DNA from: Lama glama
Taxonomy: Eukaryota
NCBI GenBank assembly: GCA_028534125.1
Contig: CM052825.1
Location: 24,862,001-24,926,000 of the forward strand
Direction of reading: 5' to 3'
DNA length: 64,000 nucleotides
The position numbers and the translations under genes are program-made. Shown here one piece after another: positions 1 through 26,300 of the stretch. The notes under the pieces were generated by a model. That model made no database searches and was not told where the DNA came from. It worked only from the letters and a program-made list of their open reading frames with translations. Each line of letters starts with the position of its first letter. Positions within the stretch are counted from its first letter, which is position 1.

Positions 1-8294
<8,294 letters not shown>

Positions 8295-8526
8295 CTATCA
8301 GGGGATGCCGGAAGCAGGGACTCCCTCGCACCAGACATGACTTAAAACCAAAGAAAGCTTGGAGCTCCAGGGTCAGGCTGCAGTGGGCGCGGACACTGCG
8401 GGGTCCGCCCCCGCCGCCTTAGCGCGAAGCAGGCCCGGAGAGGCCGCCTCCCCTGCGGCCCTGTCGGGGCCGGCCACCCCGCGGTCGGAGCAGGCGCCAG
8501 CGGTCGGAACGCCGCGAGCCACTCAC

Positions 8527-8630
8527 CACTGACCGCGCCTGCCGCGCACCGGGCCGTCCCGGAGCGGAGAACCGAGCACACCCCCGGCCCCAAGCCGCCG
8601 CCGGAAGCGCGACCCGCGCTTCCGGCAGCG
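8527..8630 (-). other. TSC2: TSC2 non-coding exon 1 (5' end approximate)
   Basis: GTGAGT donor at 8526-8521 on minus, inside the CpG island. Exon 2 has its acceptor at 7998-7997 and carries 29 nt of 5'UTR. Confidence 0.7.
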
Positions 8631-8745
8631 GGAGGGCGCCGGGGGCTGGCGTAGGGCTTGCTGGGAGTCGTAGTTCTGGGTGGATCTCCCGCGGAAAGGC
8701 TGGGCAGGTGTCGAGTAACGTGACGGGGCCGCGGGCGTCGCCGGG

Positions 8746-14483
<5,738 letters not shown>

Positions 14484-14563
14484 GGGCCATGGGGCCTCTG
14501 CCTGGGCGCCACTTTGGCTACTATCTGTTCTGTGCCTTTGCTGGGGAGCCACAGCCTGTTTAT

Positions 14564-14569
14564 AATAAA
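14564..14569 (+). terminator. NTHL1 polyadenylation signal AATAAA
   Basis: AATAAA 80 nt after the stop, followed by GT-rich sequence. Confidence 0.8.
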
Positions 14570-15339
14570 GCTTGGGGGTTGTTTGCAGTTAAGGTCTGGC
14601 TGACTTCTACCCCTAGGGGATGGGGGCAGGCTGGGAAGCACATGCATGAGCTGTGTGCCTGTGCTCACGTGTGTCTGGAATGGGGCCGCCTGGGAGGCCG
14701 GGATGGGGACGTGACAATCTGGGCTGCGAGCTCGAGGGGAGGTGGGGGAGCAGAAGCCCGGGAGGGCTGGGGAGCTGGATCGTGGGAGCCAGCTGCAGCC
14801 AGCTGTCAGAAGCCTCGGGATACTGGAAGCCTGGGCTGCCTCCCTCAGCATCTGGCTGGGGACCTAGAAACACAGCCCCCTCCTGAACTTGTGCACCCTG
14901 AGAGCCCAGCCTCTGCCAGGAGGCCCCACCCCCAGTGTTTACAGAGCCACCTGGCCTCAAAGGAATACTAGCAGGCCTAGGCAGGGCACCACAGGGCCGA
15001 AGGCGTGACCTGTGTGTACCTGCTGGGGGTGTCAGGGGCCCAGAAGGCTTCACAGGGAGATGCGAGTGAGAGGGGGTAAGGTTTCTGAGGCATGGGGATC
15101 CCAAGTAGGCTGGGGAGGAGAGGGGGATAAAAGAGGAGCTAGAACTAAGAGGGGCCTGGGCTTGGCTGCCAGGCAGACGGATTTGGGGAGGGAAGGCTTA
15201 GGAATGGGACTCAGTTTCCAGCAGCTGAGACTTGGGGAGCTGCTCGGCTGCACCCCCCTGCTTGGACCATGACGCCCTTATCCCCGCCCAAACTGAAGGT
15301 TCAGCAAGGACAGAGACAGCCAAGGCTCCAAGGAAAGAC

Positions 15340-15345
15340 TTTATT
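15340..15345 (-). terminator. SLC9A3R2 distal polyadenylation signal
   Basis: TTTATT on plus = AATAAA on minus, about 1 kb after the stop. Confidence 0.65.
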
Positions 15346-15843
15346 CCTAGGGCGCGCATGCGCTATGGCTTACAGGGCAGACAGCGATGTCGGTCAGTTG
15401 GTCAGGTTCTGGGCAGGGGGGAAGGCAGAGTTGGTGGGGTTTCCTCAAGGAGGGCTCCCAGCGGGGGCCAAGCCCAGAGCCTGAGGTCCTTCCTGGGGAC
15501 AGGCCCTCACAGTCACACCTCGAAGACCTGAGGCTGCTGTTCAGGGACAAAGGGTCTGTCCAGAGGCTGCCCTCTTCAGGGGCACAGGGCCTCCATCCTC
15601 AGGCCCATCAAAGAGCCCAGGCCCTGCACCCCAGACATCCCCACCCCAGGGAGGGCAGGGATGGAGCAGAGGGGCAGTTCCTACAGCCACGTGAACTGGC
15701 AACCCCAGCCTCACCCAAAGCCGGCATGAACACAGCCTGGGAGCCCCCCAGCTCTGTCCCTGGAAGTTCCTGGGACTGACTTCCACTTGCGATGGCTGCT
15801 GCTGAGGGGGTGGGGAGGAAACGGTTTGCAGAGAAAGGTTTGT

Positions 15844-15849
15844 TTTATT
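15844..15849 (-). terminator. SLC9A3R2 proximal polyadenylation signal candidate
   Basis: AATAAA on minus within an AT-rich 3'UTR block. Confidence 0.5.
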
Positions 15850-16309
15850 GCAATTATTTAGAGAGCATGTCCTGAGGGTGGTGGAGGCGGGGGCTCTGGT
15901 GTAAGTGGAAACATGTGTGGAGCTAGAGCTCTTTTTGGAAAAAAAGCAGTAACACAAATTCCTTTAAGTCAGCAGGCCCAGGCAGAGCAGCAAGGGCCCG
16001 GCCCCACGATCACCACTGCCTCTCCCTCTCTCTTCTCTGATCACTTTCTCTCTGGGTGTCTCTCACATCTTAGGGGCTCCCTGTCCCCATCTTGCTGCCA
16101 TGCTCCCCCAGCACCCAGCAGGGAGGAGGCAGCATCAGGGCTCGCTAGGGCACGGGTTCCTGGGTGGTGGTGGGACCACCATAGCTTAGGGGGTGAGGAT
16201 GCCCCCCTCCTGTCCACTGAGGCTTGGGGAACTGTGGACAGGGCCCAAGGGGCAAGGCCCAAGGTCCGTGCGGGGAGGAGGCCCGGCCGGGGGACAGGCA
16301 GGGAGGGGC

Positions 16310-19300
16310 TCAGAAGTTGCTAAAGATCTCTCGCTTCCGGTTCCAGTCCATCTGCGGCGCCCGCTTGTTGACCCTAGTGGCTCTTGCCTTCTCCTTGGCC
16401 TCAGCCGCAGTGGGGCTCAGGTGGAGGCCACTCTCCTGAAAAGGGTCGCGTTTCCAGGTGCTGCTGTCCTAGGGGCGGACACGGTAGGCAGGTGGCCAGA
16501 GTGAGCCCTGGACCCAAGCCCCTGGACAGGTGACCCTTCCCAGAGAGCTCACACCAGAGGCCACCTGGTAGGGCTGGGGCAGCAGGCCCAGGAGGGCTTC
16601 CTAGAGGTGGTGGCCTCACAGCCCAGGCTGTCAGTTCCAGACACCCGCTCCCAGGGCCTCAGGCCCCCCAGTGTGTGAACATAGCAGTGGAGGTGGACAG
16701 GCACCCGCTACCTCAGTGTCCTTGTCTAAGTCAGGCAGATAGCTTCGGGATGAGCATGCTGAGCCACCATTGAGCTGGGAAACCAACGGTAAGGCGTGGC
16801 TTTAGGGGCCCCGCCCAGGAGCTGCTGGCGCACACACAAGCTTACACGCACACACACATACACACATGCATACACCAGAGCTGCATTTCCTCCTTGGTTT
16901 GGCAATGGCCACTGAGCCTCCACTATATTGTCCTACGGGGCTGGGGTGTAGCTAACCCAGGACCCAGGATGCACAGGGCACTAAAGCTGGAAGTGACAGG
17001 GCCACTGTAACTACACAAGGACAGAGATCTCGGGAGGGACTCTGTCAAGCCTGGGGACCCCCCAGAGGGGCCCACCTGGGTCCACCCTGTCCACTTCCAC
17101 CCTCTCACCTGGGAGGAGCTGGTCCCGTTGGTGACTGGTGATGGCAATGGACCTGTGGGGACAGTGTGTCAGTGGCCACCCAGCCCCTCAATGCTGTACC
17201 CCAGCCCTGGCCCCCAGGGCAGCAGCCCACCTTCTACATGTTCCTCGGTGGGTGTGACCCGCAGCCTCTTGAAGTACTCATCCGATTCGGGGTCCACCAC
17301 CAGCAGCCGGGCCTCGTCCTCCCGTGCCTTGATGATGGCCACCACCTCTGCATGGCGCAGCCCCTCCACATTCTGCCCATTCACCTGCCGCCACCAACAT
17401 AGGGTCAGTGTTGCCTGAGGGCAGGCCCCAGCCAGCCCCCCAAGCCACCCAGCCAGGGGTGGTATCAAATATTCATCAATACTGTCACCAGCTACAGCAG
17501 CAAGAGGAGTGACAGCTCAGGTTCCCGGCATCTCCCCTCCACCCAGTGAGGACCCAGGGCCCAGACACACACACACACACACACACGGAAGGGCATGGGT
17601 GAAGACACATACAGAAAGGACACAGACACAGACACAGACACTCACACACGGGGTACCCGGAACCCCAAGTCCCGGCAGCAGGTACCTCGATGAGTCGGTC
17701 CTGGGCACGGAGGCCAGAGTGAGCGGCAGGTGAACCTGGGTCCACAGAGCGGATGTACTGTCCAGGCCGGGACTTGTCACTGTGCAAGTTAAACCCGTAG
17801 CCCTGGGGACCTTTTCGCAGGTGGCAGAGTCTCGGGCGCAGCTCCCTCAGGGGCCCATTGACATCCTGCAGGCACAGGGAATGCGGGTAAGGCTCCAGCC
17901 CTGACCTCCCACCCTTAGAGGCACTGACCCCACCCCTGAGGCCTCCCGCCCAGTGTGTGAACACAGCCACAAAGGTGGCAGGAGGGAGCCCCAACCCCAC
18001 ACTTGGCATCATGCCCTCACCCACCCCCTCAGCAATCCCAGATGGCAGAGATCAACACTGCTGCTTCACACCCATGCCCCAGGGGACCCTTGAGGCTGCC
18101 TGTGACCAATCCAGCTTCAGGATCTTGGACAAAGTCTCAGTTTCCAAACCCCAAAATCACTAGCAATGGGATCAAGGGCCTTATGGGGGTGCTGGGAGAA
18201 TCAGTGGGCTCAAGGATAGAGCTGAGCACAGACCAGGGTCCTAGGAGAGACCAGGTGAGATGAGCTAGTGTTCTAGGAGGGCTGTCCCCTTGGGCCCCAC
18301 CTGCTCCCCACCAACCCCCCCCCTCACAGCGTGGGACTGGCCGGGTTGGACCTGGCAGTTTTGTTTTCTCTCCCAAAGGTCTCCATAGGACTGGTGGCAG
18401 TGTGGCTAGCCGTTTTTGTGTTTGCTTTCACATTCCAGAGCAAACTGGAGCTGCCCTCACCCCCACAGGGCCCAGAGATGCCTGAGCTGGAGCCCAGGGA
18501 GGGAGAGAGTGAGAGGGCCGAGGATGGAGCCTGCCCTCCCACCTTCTCTGCCCACCCAGCAGGCCCAGGGTGCCCCCATCCACACCCCAAGCCCCTGCCT
18601 CCCTTACCTCTGGCATCCTGCAGTAGGGCTCTGGCTGTGGGGTGCGGGGAGCCGTGCAGGCAGGGGCCAGACCCCAGTACCCCCACCCAGCTGGGGCCTG
18701 AGGCAGTGACCACAGTGCTGAGTGGCCAGCAGCCGCTGCTGCTCAACTCAACATGGCGGTGGCCGGAGTGAGCGGGCAGCCAGCAGCTCAGGTTTCCTGG
18801 ACGCTCGGGGCCCAAGTGCGCATGTAGGTGAGACTATGCGAGGTGGGGGTGCTCACCGGGGCCCCTTCCTTTCCTTCCACCTCCCTGTGTGTGGTGACAG
18901 ACAGACCCTGGGCCAGGCCGGGGGTAGTACTGAGGGAGGGCCAGCTTCCAGGCCTCCGAGCTCCTTCCAAATCCCAAATCCGACTGAGGCCGCCTGGCTG
19001 TGGAACCAAGCATGTCTTTCTTCACAGGGTGGTAACTTGCCCTGGTCTCTGGGCCTTCCTACCTATGGGGAACACCTTCTGGTTTAGCCTGTGTCCCTTC
19101 TCCAGGACTCCTTCCCCGACCCTCAAAGCCTGCCCCCTCGGACCCCCACTGCAGGCCACCATCTGCCCTGAAACCCCAGGAACTCTGGGGACTGGGCTGC
19201 TGCTCCTCCAGCCCCCAGCGGCGTGGCCAGGCAATGTGGGCTGAACTGGGGGTTGTGAGACCCCCAAGTTCTCCAGGACCTCATTTACAGACTCATCCCC

Positions 19301-22300
19301 TCCCCCAGACACACCTGGAAGTACAGGTGTGCAGCTCTGTGGCGGGCCCACACCTCCCCAGGAGGTGCCTCTCAGGTTTGGGCTGTCAGAGCACAGGTCC
19401 CAAGCTGGGCCAGATGGAGCAGAGCCAGGGCTAGGGCCATGCATGGAACGTGGAGGTGCTACAGGACCACACTTCGCATGTGGCCATGGGCCCAAGTGGC
19501 AGAAGCAAATCACAGAGTCGCAGAGACCAGACAGCCAAACATATGCTTGCAAACAGACGTGCACAGTGACCTATTGCATGAAAGGACGTCCCTCTGCGGC
19601 GGGCCCTGTGGCCTCTTCCCACGCCCTCCACAATGGTTCCAGGGCGGGGTCTCTCAAGGCCCCCAAACGGGAAGCAGGATTGGGGGGGCATCCAGGGCCA
19701 TGAGGCCAGGCTGAATGAAATCACATCCGGTTTGAGACCATAGTGGCTGTCTCCCTGCCTCAATCCAGCATGGCCAAGAGGTTTCTCCTAATATCTGGCC
19801 TAAATCCCTCTCTTACGGTCAGGGTCCAAGGAGTGCCAAACTAGGCCCTAGACCCTCAGGTTGAGGGGCTGCAATGGGAATTGGGGGAGCCTGGCTGCGT
19901 GGAGACCCAGCACGGAGGACCAGTGGGGAGGCGGAGAGAGCAGTGGATCAGGAGGGGGCGCAGGCTTGGCCCCGCATTGCTCACATTCCTGGCTCCTGCC
20001 CTAGCTCAGAGCACTTCCTGCCACCTCCCAGCTGGGCCCTCGGGCTCCCACAGGCTCCCAAGCCCCAGTTCCCATCCTGGCGGTCCCAGAGCTGGACAAG
20101 CCTGAATCTCCCAGCCATGCCTGTGATCAGACAAAGAGGCTAGCATGAGAGTACCCCCAAGCCGGGCTGTGCCCCCCCAGATGGTGACTCACCAGCCCTG
20201 GCAGAGAAAGGCCCCCATTGTTGCTCAGGGTCCAGCCTGCTCCTACCATGGTCACCAGGGTCCCTAGAGTCCCTTCTCCCAACCCTGGGGGACACAGGCT
20301 AAGCTGGCTGCTGGGGTCCTTACGTCCCACCCCACCCTCACCCCACCTGACCTGCACAAGCCCCCGGGATGGGCTCCGTGGAGGGCCTCCTGAGGCCAGG
20401 GTGGGTGGTGTAGCCTTCCCAGAGCGGGCCATGGGAGGCGGGACAGCAGTGGCAGGCAGGGAGCGTCCAGCTGGAGTGGCCTGAGCTCTCTGGCCTGCTC
20501 AGGCTGCCACCCCATTTATCTGCCTCCAACTGTGGCACAGGTTCCCCAGGGATGGGTGGGGGCATGGGGCTGAGTCACTTTGGGGAGCCCCCCTCCCTGC
20601 TCAGGCTCCAGCCAGGCACCCCCCACCAGCTGGGTTTCCGTCCCAAGAAAGTAAGGAAGGAAACTGCTGGGAGGCCCTGCCCTGCTCCCAGGACCCAGGG
20701 CTGGGGAGACAAGGAGGTGACTCTAGCCCTGAAACATAAGACAGTCCTGGTGCAGTTCATGGGGGGACGGGGAGCAGGAACCAGGGAGCCCCAAAGCCCT
20801 CTTGTAGACATAGAAACCTATAGTAGGCAGCCACCCTCTGCAGGACTCTGGCACCTCACTATCTCTCTGCCCCCGAAGGCCTCCAGAACTGGAGGTGGAG
20901 GGATGGGCTGGGCATGAGGGACAGGAGGGCTCAGCACCTATCACACCCCCACAGCCCTGGCACCGCTAGCTGCCCCATCTCCGTCTGGGGGCGGTCCCCT
21001 ATCATCACTGTCAGGATCAGCTGCACTGCAGCTGCAGCCACCCCAGCCCAGTCTGGCCCGGGGCTGAGTCACCACTGACGAGGCCCTGACCAGCCCCCCG
21101 AAGGGAGGGCCCAGCGATATCAGTGTCCTTCTCTGTGCCACCTCCCCTATCCCTGCCCAGGACAGAGGAAACTTAGGCTGAAAGGGGGCCCATAGGGCCC
21201 TGACTCCCACCTTAGTCTGTCCCTCCCCTAGGGCACCAGGGGTGGTCCCCTTCATCCTACACCAAAGCAAACCACACACACCCCACCTCAGTTCTCCAGT
21301 CCTGCTGCCTCGGAGGCCCATAAGGGCACAGCCCTGCATTTAAGCATCATCCTCCCAGGCTCCCTGGCAGCCCATGGTGGGTGAAAGTTAAGCTTTGTTT
21401 GTGGAGGTCAGCAGAGGCCCATTTGTCCTTCCAGTGCTCTGAGCTCATATAATTAAATACTGGGTCTCTGGCCTGGAGGGAAGAGAGAGACCCTGTCCTC
21501 AGAGACTCCCCTGACCTTCTGGGGTCCCTGTCCCCAGGCCAGCCCCAACCACAGAGGGACCGGACAGGCCTCACTTTGTTCCTCTAAAAATACACCCAGA
21601 GGAAGACCCCTCCTAGGGCTTCCTGCAGTCCCCAGAGCCTGAAATAGTGGAGGGGGAAGGTCCCACCCAAGGACAAGGTGCCTCCCCACCCTCCAGATAA
21701 GGCCCAAGGGCAGATTTTTCCACAGGAAGGTGAACTCAGCCATTTGTGTCTAAATCAATGGACAAACGCCGAGGGGGAGGGGGCGCTTCCTCCTGGGGAT
21801 GAGATGCCCTGGGAAGGAGGGGAGCCCCAGCCCTCAGGTTGGCGACAGCAGTCAATCAGCACGCGGTCCCAGGGCTCCCCTGAGAACACAGATCTGACCC
21901 GAACACCCCCTACTCTGGCTGTCAGTGGCTCCTGGGACAAAGTCCAGCCTCCAGGACTTGGCACTGTGGCCCTCACCACCCCTACACCTGCCCTCAAGCC
22001 ACAGGGAACAAAAAGGGTTGCAGGGGTTCATGCTCAGGCCTGTGCCCGGGGCTGCCTTCCCACTGGGAAGGCGGTCTCCCCTAGAAAAAGCCCCAGGCCC
22101 TGCAGCATCCAGGTCACAGGCACAACCAGCTAGCGCAAAGGCGACATTTAAGAAAGGCACAAGGCAGATGTCAGGGTCCCCTGCACATCCAGAAACTTCA
22201 GATCTCACACCTCCACCAGCCCTAGGCCACTGGTTCTCAAAGTGGGATCTGGGAACCCCTGCTCTTGAATCCCCTTTTAACAGATTTTTCTCTTTAGGGG

Positions 22301-25020
22301 GAAAAAAAAAAGGGTAGAGGGAGCATGAGAGACAGTAACAAGGGGCTTCCAGGACAGCAGAACAAAAAGCCCCAGGCTCCTGAGCCTGGCTTCCAAGTGC
22401 TGCCCAGGGAGGGGCACCCCCGAGGCCCTGCTATCTAGAAAGAGGTAGGGCAAGGCACCCCGTCCTTCTTTCCTAGCTCTTCCTGACTGGGGCGAAGGGA
22501 GGGTGGGGTAGCAAGAAGGGGGAGGGGCCCCAGTCCTTACAGACCCCAAGCTGAGTACCCAGCTTAGAGAGTCTCCTCAGCTGCCCCCATGGAGGAGGGC
22601 CATCCCCCTCTGAGGTCTTCACAGCACAAGCGGGCTCCTCAGACAAACAGACAGGGATGGAGCCACAAGCAGACAGACGCCCAACACAGGCACTGAGCTG
22701 AGCACACTCAGTCCCAGGACCTCCCAGCAGCCCCTCCCTGGGTTCCTCAGCCCCTAGGCCAGGGAGCGGGAGGCTTGTCAGAGTGACCCCTCCTTGGACA
22801 AGTGGCTCTGATGAGCATTCTGGGGAAGAGGGCTGGAGTCGGGGGCTAGGGACCAGAGCAAGGCTGCCCTGACCCCAGCTGGTTTAGAACACAGGCTGAG
22901 GGCAGAAAGAGTGGCTCCAAGTGGCCAAGAGGGTAGTAACCAGGGGCAGAGAAGGGGCTCAGAGACGCAGAAGAGTTGGAGACAGATACTTCCGGAAGGG
23001 ACCAGAGGCAGAGAATGCCATCAAGAGGCAGGGAAGGTGGTTCTAGGAGAGGCCAGGGTGGTCCCTGTGGGCAGAGCCCGCCATACCTTCTGGCCAACCT
23101 CAGAGCTGAGGCTGCCTGCACGGGGCCAGTCCAGCTTTGGCTCCCAGGGGTCATGAGCAGGCGGCAGCCCTCGCTGAGCCATCTCCTCAGTGCAGGTCAG
23201 CTGCCGCCGGCGGAGCTCCTCATCTGTCTCCTTGTCCACCACCAGCAGCCGAGTCTGCCCCTCCACAGCCTTGATCCTCTGCACCACCTGGGACAGGTAG
23301 GTGGTGGGAGCAGGTCACGGCCAGCACTCCGGGCAGCATATCACAGTGGTACCACCCAGGGCTGACCCAGGGTGGCAGGCAGGGGCAGGGGTGGGCGGCT
23401 GGACCGAGAGGCCCGCTGGCTCCACCCCCCACCCCCAGGCTCTGGCAGCTCCCTCCCTCTTCTCTTGGGGCTCCCGACACCAGGGCCCAGGCTGCAAGGG
23501 CTGCCAGGGACTTGCAGGGCCTCGGCTCAGCCCAGGGTCTTCTCCAGGAGGGGCTGGGAAGTGACAAAGACAGTGTCTGCTGTGTGCATCTTTCTGCATC
23601 AAGGTCTGTCTCCATCTGGGTTTGAGGGAGAGAGGTGTCTCCCTGAGTCCCAGTCTCAGTGTGTCTGTGCCTACTTCTGTCTTTTCTGGTGGTGAGACGT
23701 GGAAATCTAAATCTCTGCCTCTAGGCCTTCTGTTCTCTTTCAGACCATGATCTTGGACCTATTGCTGCTGGACCTGCAGAGAGAACATCTGGGTTCCTGA
23801 GACAAAACACCTACTCTGGTACCCACAAAACACCCAATAAGCCGAATCGAGACCCAGCAGGCAGAGGTAGGGAGGGGCAGATCCACCTGAGGGAGAGGTG
23901 TGATTTGCAGGTGTCTGTGAAGTGTCAAGAGCATGCGTATGGCCACAGAGCATACATGCCAGTGTGTGCCCGCAGGGGAAGGAGCAGTGCCCACTGGGCA
24001 TTGCAGTAGGAAGGGCAATACCTCAACCCCTACCGGAGCCCTGGGGGAGGGCAGACAGGATCCCCACCAGTTGCTCAGTAGATGTTGTCAACAAATAGGA
24101 GAGTTTGAACCAGACCCATGTTTGCCCCAGCCCTCCTCTGTACCTCCCTCTCCCCATGACCCATAGAGTCACAGGAGGACCCCAGCACCCTGATGCTTCC
24201 TGATTGTGAGACCTAGATGAGTCATCCGGTATCTCCAAGCTTCAATTTCCTCATCTGTAAAATGGGAGCTGTAACTGAACCTCCTCTCTCCCAGGATAGT
24301 GGGAAGGTGTCACATGGTCCCGTGTCTTAAGTTCTTAGAGATTAGCACTCCAGGAGGCCTGGGGTAAGCATCACCCTTGGGTTAATGATGGCACTGGCTG
24401 CTACACAGAGGCCAGGTACTAGGTCTGCCAGGCCCTCCCCATGGCCTATCAAGCCAAACTCTCTGGCCCTGACATCCACCCTCCTTCAGCAAACTGCCTT
24501 ACCCAGCTGACACTGAGTAAAAGAAAGAAGGTTGCTAGACAGATGGATATACAAAAGCTCCAAGGGTAGAAGAGTTCAGCTCCCAGCCCAGCCAAGAACC
24601 GATTTACTAATCCCTAGGTCCCAGGGCTAGCCACACACTCTCAGGTGCTGGGGGAACACAGAAGACCGTGAGCTAAACAGGTGGAGGAAGACTGGACCCG
24701 AGCCAGGTGAGTCTCAGTAAGAGATGGAGACCCCCGTCAGGGGGTCAGGGGTCAGAACCTGCAGAGAACCTCCCCCTAGTCTTTATCTACAGCTGCAGGG
24801 GGCCAATGGGCTGTGGCGAGTGACCCTGCCAGGCTGCCCAGCAGCCTCCTATGAGAGGATCATGCTGCCACAACCGGCGACATCCCCCAGGACACAGACA
24901 CCATCAGACAGGACACACACTAGTATATCGGCCTGCAGACACACTGGCAACTACACATAACCAGGTAGGCAGACACACAGGCCTGGCCACATATGCACGC
25001 AGCCACAACAAGGAGGGTAT

Positions 25021-25054
<34 letters not shown>

Positions 25055-25968
25055 CCCAGCTCACACACACGTCCAGGCACACAGACCTGTCCCCACACAT
25101 AAATCTAGGGGGTGCAGATCTGTAAACTCACGTGCACACAGTCCAGTACACACACATGCTCACTCAATTGATGCAGGCACACACAGGTGTGCCCTTATTG
25201 TGACACCCCCCCTCAGGTACACACATGCATGACCCTCAGAGGGACCTGCATATTCACACATATACCCAGTTGTGCACACACCCACAAGTGTACACAGTGA
25301 CAGAAAAGCACCCGGGGTTCGCATACAAATGGAGACCCCCGAGGTGCCAACTCCTCCACACAATGCACTGAGGCCGGAACAAGACTAAAGAGCTAGGGCT
25401 GAGAACCAGAAGAGCCGCAGTGCGGGCCCCTCCTTGCCAGGATCTCCTTCCCCATCCGCGCTGCAGGACCCACCCGGGTGGGGAAGGCTAGGAAGGAGGT
25501 CGGCTGCCGGTGCCTCCGTGGCCACGTCTCCCACCTCTCCACGGGAGCCCACGCAGGCCCTTGTGCGATCCCCTCCTGGCCCCAAGAAGGGAGCTGAGGC
25601 CTGGGCGCAGACAGCACGGAGCCCCGGGTGGGCACTGGCACCTTTGGCGCGCTAGGGGCAGGGACGCGCTCCGGGGATGGGGTGGGGGACGCGGCGGGGC
25701 GGCGGGGCGGCGGGGCGGCGGGGCGGCGGGGCGGGGGCGGAGCGCAGGCACCCACCTGGTGGTGCGTCTCGCCCTCCACGTTGACGCCGTTGACCTCGAC
25801 CAGCCGGTCTCCGGCGCGCAGTGCGGCCGCCTCGGCCGGGGACCCGGGCTCCACGCGACGGATGAACTGCCCGCGGCGGCCCTTCTCGCCATGCAGGTGG
25901 AAGCCGTACCCCTGCTCGCCGCGCACCAGGCGGCACAGGCGCGGCCGCAGCGGCTCCGGTGCGGCCAT
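16310..25968 (-). CDS. SLC9A3R2: Na(+)/H(+) exchange regulatory cofactor NHERF2 (two PDZ domains plus ERM-binding tail)
   Basis: Exons on minus: 25968-25756, 23287-23087, 17865-17686, 17384-17231, 17152-17109, 16774-16712, 16468-16310, giving 337 aa. Two GYGF PDZ loops; C-terminus [13 protein letters not shown]. Also named NHERF2. Confidence 0.98.
17564..17650. repeat. (CA)n / (CAGACA)n simple repeat in NHERF2 intron 3
   Basis: Directly visible. Confidence 0.8.
20352..20432 (-). CDS. SLC9A3R2: Alternative first coding exon of NHERF2 (short, PDZ2-only isoform)
   Basis: ATG 20432 encodes [27 protein letters not shown], then a phase-0 donor CAG|GTCAGG compatible with exon 3. Resembles the N-terminus I recall for the human short isoform. 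Confidence 0.75.
25023..25053. repeat. (CA)n microsatellite within a CA-rich tract (about 24890-25300)
   Basis: About 15 perfect AC units. Confidence 0.9.
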
Positions 25969-26300
25969 GGCGCCGGCTGCCCACCGGCCGGCCACGGGCT
26001 GGCCACGGCGATCACGCCCGCCACCGGCAGGCAGGGGCGCGAGGGCCGGCGCGGGGGCGGCGCAGAGTTAGCGGTGGCGCTGGGGACCCGGCGGCAGTCT
26101 CGGCGGCTCCGGCTCGGCTCCCGTCGCCTAGGGCTCGGGCTCCGGCTCCAGCTCCGGCTAGGGCTGCGGCGCCGCCCCCGCGCCCGCCCCTTCCCCGCCC
26201 CCTCCACCCTGCCGCCCCCGCCTCGGGTCCAAGCCACCCTGGCCATGCCCCTGCAAAGGCGCTCCGCCAATCCAGAGAGGCCAGCAGGGAGACTGCAGGG
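25400..26300 (-). promoter_or_regulatory. SLC9A3R2 CpG-island promoter and exon 1
   Basis: CpG-dense; multiple GC boxes at 26170-26222; CCAAT at 26267-26271. Confidence 0.8.
25691..25740. repeat. (GGCGGGGC)n octamer tandem repeat, about 6 units, G-quadruplex-prone
   Basis: Directly visible at the 5' end of NHERF2 intron 1. Confidence 0.85.
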
